Part shown: piece after piece, positions 23,893 to 35,600 of the stretch
Numbering within the stretch: the first letter of the stretch is position 1
Layout: each line of letters opens with the position of its first letter
Origin: Halocafeteria seosinensis
Lineage: Eukaryota
NCBI GenBank assembly: GCA_001687465.1
Contig: LVLI01000173.1
Span: 124,001 to 168,102 of the forward strand
Direction of reading: 5' to 3'
Length of the DNA: 44,102 nucleotides
Program-made: the position numbers and the translations under genes
The notes under the pieces: generated by a model
Told to the model about the DNA's origin: nothing
Database searches by the model: none
Seen by the model: only the letters and a program-made list of their open reading frames with translations

Positions 23893-24614
23893 GAGATACT
23901 CTATTAAGCCTGCATGAAAGCAAGGATAGAGTTCTCGGTCTTCAGAGCTGATTCTTGAGTCCGTAAAAGGTGTATGGGCGTCTTGCAAGGAACAGAAATG
24001 GCCTTATCCTTGGAATGGTCTACTTCGTTGGTCTCTACTTGGATCATTGTGCTTAGACTGATGGGGTCTCATAAAGCGAGAAACAGGGCAATGCGGTCTT
24101 GCGACATCCACCTTTGGAACACTATTCAACACCTGTGTTCTCATGAAGCTAAACGTCGAAGAAACAAACAATATATTTCATTCCAAGGATTCGAAAGAGT
24201 CCTAAGAAAAAGTCATTGAGTCACCGACTTCGTCTCTCCGTGGCGATTGAAACTTGGAAGTTGAGCCCAGGTAAGTTCTCCATGATCAAGATTAACCGAT
24301 CCGAAATAATTCACGGTATTAAGGAGCAATCCCGATGATGAGATATCAAAATGACTGGTGGTGAGCCCTTTTTTGTTGTTGATTTGATCCTTGTCGAACA
24401 GACAATAGTTACCATCCATCAAAGCGTTATTATTTTTTTTTTGTATGCTGACGTTGCAAGAAATTTCAGATGCATCGTTACTTGTTTCGGTGTGACGCAA
24501 TATCGATAGTCACTAGAGACAATAGCAGAATGAATTATGCATTCATAATGTACAGGTATTCTAGCGCAAACAAACGCATGTCAGCCCGCGCCCTCTCATG
24601 TTGTTACCAAAGAA

Positions 24615-24760
24615 AGAGATCTCTACCGGTGCAACGACCTGGAGGGCTGTCTAAGCAAGGTCATGATGCTAACGGCAGGAAATCAAAGCCCAGTCGTCCC
24701 AGCATTTAGTTGAAACTCCCTGAAGACCGTAACTGAGAAGCGTATGGAGAACAGAAAGTC
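24615..24760 (+). pseudogene. Relic of the 3' end of a paralogue of the 21463-23892 gene
   Basis: Encodes LPVQRPGGLSKQGHDANGRKSKPSRPSI*, versus LPMQRPGRISTSGHNARGRTSKHKRPGI* at 23806-23892. Confidence 0.75.
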
Positions 24761-25932
24761 CGTGTAGAATACCACCATACGGTAGCCCATGGAAGCCCCC
24801 GCAGCCAGAATCGGGCTACCCGGGTATTGCTTGTGCTGTTGTTATCCAGTTACTAGTACATACGCTTGCTTCGTCAGTATTGATAACCCGTGGGCCAGGG
24901 CTCAAACCTGCTACCAGATTTGATACGCCAGAACGCGTGCTAAAACTGGTGACCTGGTGACGTTTGTTGGGTGATAGTGTGTGAGCTTGATGCGACAAGA
25001 ACCACCAAGTCGTTGTAGCTACTTGGTATGCTCATGAGATTGGTCAGTTCGTTTTGGCTACTTTGATTCTATCAGCATCTTACATCCAGTCCGTCTATCA
25101 ATGCCGTGTATTGGAACTATTGTGGGTCTCCAATGCGGGATTATTTTTGTGTCAGTTCCCAACACATGCTTTGGGTTGGTACGCTAGGAAGTAGTCTGAG
25201 CTGCTTCCAGTGAGATTTGAATCACGTTGTCGTTAGCATCAACGGTTGATGATGTAATAGTGGCTCTACAGATTCTATTCGTGGCTAATGTGCTACTCGT
25301 CGCCTTCTATCTGTCTCCTCGAGCGGTGCGGGGCTTGTTTTCCAGCAATAAAGGGTATTGCATAGCCATGTGAGGAGCGTTTAGCTGGGATCTAAAGGCC
25401 AGAATGCGTACAGACAAGACGAAACAAGAAACCGTCAAAAGGGCAGGTACAAACAATGTGGACCTCAGGCACGGCAAACCCTAGTCTTGTCGACAACTAC
25501 CCAAAACGGGGGAGGCATCTTCAGGGGAGGAGAAACATTAAACTGGACAATCTATCTCTAAAGCAGATCATTTGCAAAAGAGAACCGCCAAGCTTCCAGA
25601 ACTCCCCAAAGAAAGTGCCAGCCATATGTACTACGGAGAAGAATAGAACGGAACTTGTATCTGCCGAGGAGCTCCTGTTTATAGCAACTTGGCCGTCCCG
25701 GAAAAGTGATAAGGAACAGAAAAGAAAAGGAACTCACAATTTCGTCTGCATGTTGGTTATGGAGCGTGTAGCGTCGCCAGACACTGAGCCTCAAAATACG
25801 CTAATGAAAAATTCCAGGTGCAATCAGCGCACGGTCTAAGTGTTACTCGGTTAAGGCGAATGAATGAGCTCTAAAAGTGGCCGTAAGGCCGGAGTTTCAG
25901 AACGCAAGTGTCCATTCTTCTGGTAGCTTGTG

Positions 25933-26058
25933 TACCGGTGCAACGACCTCGAAGCAAGGTCATGATTGCTACCGCCAGGGAAGCATAGCCACCGCAGCAT
26001 TTCGGAGACACTCCGCGAAGGTTGTAACTGAGAAGTGTGGCATGGAAAGACAAAAGTT
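25933..26058 (+). pseudogene. Second, more decayed relic of the same gene 3' end
   Basis: Shares taccggtgcaacgacct (17/17), aagcaaggtcatgat, cagcattt and gtaactgagaag in order with 24624-24745. Contains indels. Confidence 0.7.
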
Positions 26059-26632
26059 TCACATGCACCTTCCTACTCTTTGAAGGCGTTTCCTTGACGC
26101 TTTAGCGGGAACGTGTTCGTGCTTCTTGCAATAACCAGAAGCGGTCTTACTCTTTGAGGCAAACATTTTCGGTTCTCGTTGGCCCAGTGGGCTTGGATTA
26201 GTGGGGTGAGTCAATCGAAGATGAAAATCACGAGCATGCAACTCGTTCTAGCCATTTCCTTCGAGCAACCAGTAAAACTCTAAGAAAGAAACACGATCTA
26301 TCAACCAAGGAAGTTGAAAGAGTCCTTAACAGAGAGTCGTTGAGACATCCTTCCAACAATACACGTATTGCATGCCCCTTGCTGGAATAGCTCGTCTCGA
26401 ATTAAAACTTCGAATCTAAAACCATGCTAGATTTCCCAGAATTGTGGGTTGGCATCATAGGGCATTGTCCAAAGACCAATGGGCATATTGCGTAGTTAAT
26501 TAGAAACAGCAGTTGGTAGCGGCATAGCGAACATCGTAGTCTAGAGCAAACAAGTATAAGAAGCAAAAAACAAAATGTTGATGAGAGTTAGCTTAAACGC
26601 TTTCTCTCTTCAGGGAAATCGAGAATACCATC

Positions 26633-29600
26633 TCACTTCCTTCTTGCCCTTCTCCCTTTTCTAACGCTTCTCAAGTTTACTGGTGTAGATGAGGGGGCGT
26701 TCGTGTCGCCAGGTTCCACGGGCTCTGAAGAATCATCTTTCGTATTTCCAGGGCCAGAAGGCAGCGTTTGTGCAAATTCCTTTTTAGCACCTCGTCCTTT
26801 GTTCAATCCTTTATGGGAATTGTACCGCTCGTGCTTTGCCTCTGCTGAAATCGAACTTCTTATGCTTCCTCGCTTCCTCGCATATTGTAATTGGGGTAAC
26901 CCGGCTGCCGCTGCTACTGCTTGATTCCGCTTTGTTTCTCCATCTTCATCATTGTTAACCTTTACCTCTACTAACGGCGGAGGTTCTGCCAATAGCCTTG
27001 CCTTCCACTGCCGAAGTTTGAGCTTCATTCTATCGGCTGTTCGCATATCGGATTTATCAATGGAACTTGCTAAGGCAACTTGCACAGTGCAATTTCCACT
27101 AACGGATTTTCTTCCTTCGCCTACGTTGGGTTTGTTGATTGATACGACTTTTACCTTGCTGGCCGGGGACGCATACGTTTCCAAATCCACAAACATCACC
27201 TGAGGGATCGTCGAATCATCAACCGTCGCGGCAGCCCCCAATTCCGGGTCATCCGCTGAAGTGTTTCCGGTGCTTATCTGCGAAGAACTAACGTATTCAA
27301 CTATCCTTGCTTTTAAGGTCTGTTCTTGGGCTTTACTCGTTGCTTGAGTTCGCTTCCTATCTCGGTCCATCTCCACAGACGGCAAAGCGCGACTTGAGGA
27401 GGACGAGAGCGGATTGAGATGGGCTACATTCTCCTCTCCTGTAATGTTCTTAGTCCGTACTGCAGACTGCTGTCCCTGGATCAAGGAGCCGGTGTTGCTT
27501 TTCCTAGTCCCTACACTCGAACTGCTCGAAACTGCGCTTTGTCCAATTGCCGATGGACGGGCGTCCATATCTCCAGAAGAGACAGTGAACTTAGATGTAG
27601 GGATACCTAGTTGAGTGGCATATAGTTCTGAGGGATCCCTAAACTTCTTCGAGAGAGTTTGGTTACGAGTGCGTCGGTAGCCAATGAATAGGAACAGCAG
27701 TAAAATAAATCCAGCGATCAGCGAGGGGGCTAGTATTGCCGAAACGGTAGATTGGGGGTCAGCTGCAGACCTCTCCTGTCCAAGCGAAGTACCCCCATCT
27801 GAGGATTCGTTGGCCATCGTAGAAGACACGGTAGATGTCGCCGAACTTATGCCTACGGTCGAAATAGGAGTAGCTGAGATCATTCTCTTAGTGACAGGTG
27901 TACCTGATGACGAAACCATCGCAGTAATTGTCGTTGCCGGAAAAGAGGCACTCGGTGAAATGGACGGAGATGAAGACTGGCTCGGACGCGGAACAGGCTG
28001 CTTTCCTTCGAAGGCCAATGCAGGTGGTTCATCGTACTGGTGTACAGTCCAAATATCTTCAGACCAACTCCAGAGATTATCATGGACGTAAAGCTGGCCT
28101 GTAATGTCTTCCAGATTTGGCGAGTTGCCTCTCTCAATTAAAATTGTCTGATTCGCCACCTCACAACTTGGCGTCCTCCTGTTTTCCCCTCGATACACCG
28201 AAAACTTCAGCTCCACCAAGTTAGGTTCAGTGAACTGACTGTCGAAGACGGACTTCATCGGCACTGCAACAGTTCCAAATACAGGTCCAGAATGAATATC
28301 GGGATAGCCTGATGAATAAACATTACGAACTGTAACATTTCCTCCATGGAGACCTGTACCCCACCCACAAATTCCTCCAGCGGCTTCACCAACAGTACAT
28401 CCTGTAGTATAGCTGTTCACGATAATCAGGTGTCCATATCTCCGGGCAGCCGAGCTACCAGCAATCCCACCACTAAAAAGCCCGCTGATATTCCCATTTG
28501 TATAGCACTGAGATATGTACACCGAACCGTGGTCAAACGCAGACCGTGGTCCAACTATTCCGCCACCCGAGACAGACTTCACTTCTCCTTCCGAGAACGA
28601 CTGAAATACGCGTACCAACCCTTTGTTGGCACCAGCTAGACTACCGCAAATTCCGCCTGCATTTTCCCCATGGATCGTCCCTGTTGAGGAACAACTATTC
28701 ACGTCAGCAAAGCCTCCGTCTTCCGCAGTCCGTCGACCAAATATTCCTCCACCACGAGCACCAATTGTCCCAGTTGAGGACGAATTTACAACCTGCACGT
28801 GCCCTCCTTTTCCTCCGGCATTTTCGCCGCATATACCCCCAGCGCGACGAGCTATATATCCTGTAGAGCTGGAATTCTCAATGACGAAATTGCCTGGACC
28901 GCCTTGGACAATGAACCCGCCTCCAGAAGATGTCCCTCCGTTCTTCATATGCACATTTTGCACTGTTATGGTTCCGTAGCCGTTGTTGGTGTTAGAATCC
29001 CCCGAATTCTCCAACTGGCGGATTGATAAAGACGAACGTGGAACCTCAACACTGTTACTGGTATCACCACCAATTAAACCTGAAAACTCAAACACACTCC
29101 TCATGTCCATTTCATAGTCATTTCCCTCGAATGTTTCGTTCTTCCTCAAAGATATGTAAGCCTCGTTGTCGTAAACGTCCCTCCATCGAAATGAGCACGT
29201 CAGCACAAATAGCATTTCCTCAGGGAGATGAGAAATGCATCCTTCCTTTCCCTGATGTGTTATCATTTGTCGACGGTCACCGGTCAATAGAGGTCTCCCG
29301 CAGCTAGTGTTATATTCCTCTTTCTCAAACTTTAAAATCGGTAAACTATCGCCTTCTTTATGCCAAGTATCATTCGACCATTTTGCCACTATTCCACCAG
29401 GAATATTGAGACTATCATTCACGGCAGACAGCCCGTCGGAGTTTTCTAGTTGAACAAATTTCCCAGTTATGTTTGCATCGGCAACTGGTGGCGCACAGTA
29501 TAAAGAGTTCCTAATCTGGATGGACCTACCAACACTAACACCCAAGAAGCCAACGAGCCCACCACTGCTATTGCCTTCTGTTTTTCCAGATGCGTAACTA

Positions 29601-32600
29601 TTCAAAATAAGAACCTGTCCTCCATGGCTAGCCGTTTGTGCTCCAGAGATTCCTCCTGCTTCATCACCCGAGATGATACCGGTTGTATAGCAATCTAATA
29701 TGCTGCCGACACCGTGATAAGATCCTAAGTCCCCACCACATATCCCACCGCTTCCCTGTCCCTTTATGGCTCCCGCAGAGAACGAAGCTAAAACAACGAC
29801 TGTCCCATTGTCTGAAGCCGCTCGCTTGCCTAAAATGCCACCCGCTTGGGAACCTAGAATGTCCCCTCCGTCTTCTCCACTGTAACAATTCTCAATGTCG
29901 ATACGACCTCGGTGAGCTCCAGCTTCCCTACCAACTATCCCTCCTGCTCCATCACCTGTAATGTTACCGAACGAGGTGGATTTGCGAATAACAACGTGCC
30001 CTCCATAGCTTCCACATTTTGATCCACAAATCCCTCCACCTCCCGGATAGTTGACTCCACCAATGGTCCCTCTCGAACCACAACACTCAATTACAGCAAA
30101 CATTTGATTCTTTCGAAGAATGAACCCTCCGTCCGTATTTGTGGCACCGCCGACAGTTCCAACATTCCTAATAATTGGCGCTTCGTCAAACGACGTCACG
30201 CTTTCACGATCCACCGAAAATATGCCGTTGAATTGTTTGCTGTCACTAAGATGGATTAGATAGTTGTTTCCCTCAAATATCTCATATGCTTTCAACGAAA
30301 GATACATGCTTCCGCTATAGTACCTTCCCCATTCGAAATCGCAAGTCAATTGAAACCTCCTTATAGCATGCTCATACGTTATACACTCCGATATTTCAGT
30401 TCCATCCAAGACTGAGGTCCGCAGATCTTGTCGAACTTGGGGCCACTCGTCTCGGGATAAATGAGAAAGAGATGAGTTGGCGGATTCCCCGATTTGGTAA
30501 CGCAAATATGGGAACTCACCCGCGGACCCGGCAACCCAGATGGTCTCAGACCATCTATATTCAGACGCCGCAGACGATACGTTGTACAATTGCCCTCTAA
30601 TTGAACTCAACTGATCTGAATTACCCGTCGCAGTAATGTTTTGAAACCCCTCTGAGAATAAAGGAGGCAGCGCAACCGCTAACTTGATGTTAACCGAATC
30701 AATTGCTTCCCACATGATCCCTGCGGCGCCGTCCACGATACTTCCAGAAGCATAAGCCCGCTCTATCGAGACTAAACCAGTCTTTTTGCCAAGGATACCC
30801 CCTGATTTCCAACCACTGATTTCTCCACGTGAGTACGAGTCTGCGATTGTAGTGCCAGGGTTCGTACCCGTACCCGTCTTTTGACCTCCTATCCCACCAC
30901 TCTCACTTCCAATATTACCCAGAGAAAAACATTCCGATATCTCTACGGAGCCCGATGCTTGTCCAATGATTCCGCCGCTGCCACCGTCTTCTATAGCGCC
31001 TGTCGAGTACGATTTTGAAATCGCTACCTTCCCTTTGAACGAACGACCAGCCCGCGCACCGACTATGCCTCCTGCTCCATCACCTCCTATTTTCCCAGTC
31101 GAGTAGCAGTTGGACAACACAGCTTTACTTGGTCGATAATCAAACTCACCACCAGTGGTATTACACCCAGCGATTCCACCCCCCAAACGATCTATCGTAC
31201 CGGAGGAGCTACATGAATCAACTGTAAAATTGGTTTGACCTTTACGTACGATAAACCCGCCGCCGGGAACCGTCTTGCCACCGTCAGTATGTAAGTTGAT
31301 GATGCGCGGTGCCTCACTAAACCGATGAATTCCCCAATTACTGATTGCAAACAATCCTCTGAAGGTTTTTATAGTCCAAAGATTAATGCGATGATTATTT
31401 CCATCAAAGACTTCTCCAGGAGCGAGAGTAATGTATGCCTTCCCTTGATTGTATTCTCGCCACACAAGGTTCTCGCAAACCAGTTGAAACAATAGTTTAC
31501 TACCATTGTAGTGAATGCACTCATCGTCGTTGTCTCGAAAAGAGTCAGCCATATCCCGAGCCTCATCTGCGGATACGCTTTGTTGTTGTACCAGTTCTCG
31601 AGATACCGGCGGATGCCGTGCCGACGCACACTCCAAACGAGACTTCCGATCCAACAGCGGACGTAGAGTGGGCAACTCCCGATCCTGAAATGACAGGATA
31701 GGAGGCTCGTCCATTACACACTGCCAAATAGCGCTAGACCATTGTACGTTCTCTCCAAATTGATACAGACGACTATCAATATCATCTAGATCATCTGAAT
31801 TGCCTTCGGAGACAGTAATCAGCTCCCCCGTGCTTTGGCCAGAAATGGGTGGAGAAGAGACGGAGTACTTGATTTCTACATGCTCTGCTGGCCTCCATAT
31901 GTTAAGCCCATCGGATACTGTCGCCAACATTCCACCACTTCGATCTTCTTCTTTGACCATGCCAGAAGCGTAACTCGTGTGGATCAGTAGCCTGCCTCCA
32001 TCGATTCCAGCGCGATGCCCGCAGAGACCACCGGCTTCCTTTCCCAATATATCACCACGTGAATAGGAATTGCGAATTTCCACGCTTCCACCGTTCGCTC
32101 CTGTATCAGCTCCACAGATGCCCCCACCTCCTCTACACTTAATGCTACCTTCCGAGTACGCTTGCGAAACCGTTACACTCCCGCGCTCCAGCCCGGCGTT
32201 GTCGCCGACAATACCGCCACTGGAAGTTCCTTCGATGTTTCCTAGTGAAGCCGAACGAAAGATACACACGCTTCCTTTTGATTTACCGGTATCACTTCCC
32301 GCGATACCACCTGCTTTGTAGCCTTGAACGTGGCCATTCGACATAGAGTTTGAGAGTCCTTCTAGACCATCTTCGTGAGTAGAGGACGCCAGAGGCTCCG
32401 CAGGGGCGTCACATGGAGACGAAGAACTCATACTAACGGTACCTCTTGTGGGTGACCGCATGGCACCCGAAACTATACCGACGCCATTCTCAGAGGCAAA
32501 ATCACTACCCACAATCCCTCCGGCATGATCTCCCGTGATCTCTCCGAACGAAGAGCACGTCATGATTTGAACGTGTCCTCTTGAGCCACATTTATACCCG

Positions 32601-35600
32601 CATATACCACCGGCACCCCAACCGTTAATAGCCCCAGTTGAACTACAACCGAAGACTATCGCATACTGCGTTTCTTCCCTCAGTATGAAACCACCTGTAT
32701 CGGCAACGATACCATTTACTGTTGCAACATCTCGGACCATAGGAGCCTTGTCAATGGAGTCAACCGACCGGTCGATGGCAAACAGCCCCGCAAATTCCGA
32801 CGTTGCCGACAGATTGATGACACTATGCCCACCATCAATTGTCTCATCAGCGCGCAGTGAAATATATGCATCATCAGTGTAATTTGAATCCTTCCAGTGA
32901 CAGTCCATTTTCAAAACGATTACAGCCTCAAGGTTTTCTATTTTTTCCCCCGAACACTTCCTGTATTCGAAGCACGGATCCCTTCCGGCAATTACTGAAG
33001 CCCTTCTGTCCCCTGTTCTTGCCTGAAACCAAAAGATTGGCGGCTCTGTGTTCCTATGCATCCAAACGTCACTAGGCCAACGAGATACGCCATTCAATTT
33101 GTATAGCTTTCCTTGAATCATGCTTACATTACGTGCAAGACCTACAATCCGCGGGGAGGACCCAAATCCCACAACCGGTTGAGACCATGAAACCGAGTAT
33201 TTCAGCTCAACGTCCGGGGAGCCAGTTTCCATACTACCTAGAATTCCACCACCAACTTTTTCATACATATCTCCCGAAGCATAACAATTTGTGATGGACA
33301 CGCTACCATTCCAAACCGCAGTGTAGCCTCCGAGTATACCACCTGAATAGTCTCCCTTAATATCACCTGTAGTGTAACTGTTCCGAACCCCTAGCATGCC
33401 ATCAGAGGATGCCGCGAACGAACCACTGATGCCGCCACTCCTATCACCGATAGCATAGCCAATTGTATAGCACTGCTCAATTTGTGCTGTGCCATTCTTC
33501 GCCGCAAACGAACCACATACTCCTCCAGCACCACCACCTTTTATCCTTCCACTGGAAGATGACCGGCTTATTGCAGCATAGCCTCCCCAGGCGCTTGGTT
33601 CCGAACCAGTTATGCCACCAGCTCCGTCCCCTTCAATTGCTCCAGTGGAAATGGAGTCAAGAATTTCGATATGTCCTCCACTAGATCCACACCTACGACC
33701 ACATAGTCCACCGCTGTTAGTGCCTGCACTAGTTCCCGAAGAGCTGCATGATTCCATTCTGAAAAATCTCTGCCAGCTTCGCACGAGAAACGACCCATTA
33801 TCCCCCGTTTGTCCATCTCTTGTATGGACGTTTCGAATAATCGGTGCTTCTCTGACAGACGAAACGCTGCTATTTACAACAAATATCCCTTCGAATCCAT
33901 CAACACATTGGAGAGCAATTTCGTAACCCCCGCCATCGAACGCCTCACCAGCATTCAGCGTAATGAATGAGCTCGGATCGAAATAATCACTCCAGAGGAA
34001 GCTGCAAGTTTGCTCAAACGTGTATGTAGATATATTGTACATTAAACAAGGCACAATACCCTCATCGTTTACGAATGAACGAATGTCGCTCCGGTAATGA
34101 GTTCTCGACAAACTGTTTGGTTGTGGGTCACCACTGGAGACATTATGCTTCTGAAACTGTAGCTCAGGAAACCTGTCGTTTGTAGGAACCATCCAAATAT
34201 TATCACTCCATCGTTGAAGACCGAATGAGTGCAGCAAAGATCCTTGAATGGCATTCAATGAATCTGCGTTCCCTATCGAGCAGGAGATGTAAGCAGCATT
34301 ATTTCCAATAAGTTTTTCTGGGGATGGCGCGGAAAACCTAATGTATATCTGCGGATGAGATATCTCTATAGGACTATCTGTGCGTTCCAATCTCCGGGCT
34401 GGCGGATCTTGTCTTTCCCCACTCGAATACACATTTTCGATCTGTATAATGCCACCGGACATACCCGGATTTGCACCGCAAATTCCTCCTACGTCTCCCC
34501 ACAGTAAATCTCCGGTACTATAACAGTCTTTTATGCTCACAGTTCCTCCGTTACTTCCACACGAACTCCCGCATATCCCACCTCCGTCGGCTTGTATCAT
34601 CCCTGTGGAATAACATTCCCAAACAAATACTAACCCCTCGTCGGAGGCGGCCAGTTTTCCCAAAATGCCGCCACTTCCTGGGCATCCAATATTGCCCCTT
34701 GAAAAGGAACGAATTACTTCTAACCTCCCTCGATTGGATGCTGCTTTCTGGCCAACTATTCCACCGGATCCTTTACCGTTGACCTGTCCATGTGAAAATG
34801 AATTGGTAATCTTGACGCGTCCCCCGCCATGTCCGCAGTTTGCTCCACAGATCCCACCTCCTCCATCAGTTATTTCACCGGTAGACGAGCAAGACAAAAT
34901 TTTCCCAAACGTTTGCCCATTACGCAGAATATAGCCAGCTTGAGGTTCGATACTGCCGTGCTCCAGGTGGACGTTGCGTATTAGTGGGGCTTCCTCGAAA
35001 GACGTCACATGTTGACCCACCTCAAAGAGTCCTTTAAATGCATCAGTACGCTCCAGATCAATAATGTAGTCATTTCCCTCGAAAGTCTCATTCAATGTCA
35101 ATTGAATGTAATCATCGCTGGTGTACCCGAATGCACTCCAAGAGAAATCGCACTGGAGCAAGAACATCTTTTCACCAGGATCGAAAACAATGCAGGAAGA
35201 GTTGTTCGCAAGTACGACTTCGCGTAAGTCTCGGGAGCATACAGACTGGTATGAACTCGTCAAAACAGCAAGAAAACAGATATGAATAGACGATGCCGGG
35301 TGTTTGAAGAGCGGCTTCCTTTGCCTCTGACGTTTAGTCGTCGCCTTTATGAGATCTGACAAGAGTATGGTGACAAGAGCAGACAAAAATAGGACACGTT
35401 TCCAGCCACTCGGGTTTTTATATCCACCCGCATCATGCTCCAGTGAGCCCTCTTGCTCTACTTTACTGACGTCGTTTCTTCCGGCAGGATCAATAGTGCT
35501 AACACAGGTGCTTCGTCTCGTAGCACTTGTCCTAAGTGAATCGTATGTGAGGCAAGACGCGATGCTCTCATGTTTTCTGAATAACTGCCTGTCGTGCGGG

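Noticed and set aside
23940..26630. Possible transposon or extra gene in the 2.7-kb spacer
   Set aside because: No terminal repeats, transposase or RT motifs, or coherent exon chain were found. Only the two gene-terminus relics are supportable.
32345..32465. S/P-rich insertion in module 3 (AMRSPTRGTVSMSSSSPC...) as a cryptic intron or intein
   Set aside because: It is in frame and conserved in both copies, with no convincing splice pair or intein termini. More likely a loop insertion.
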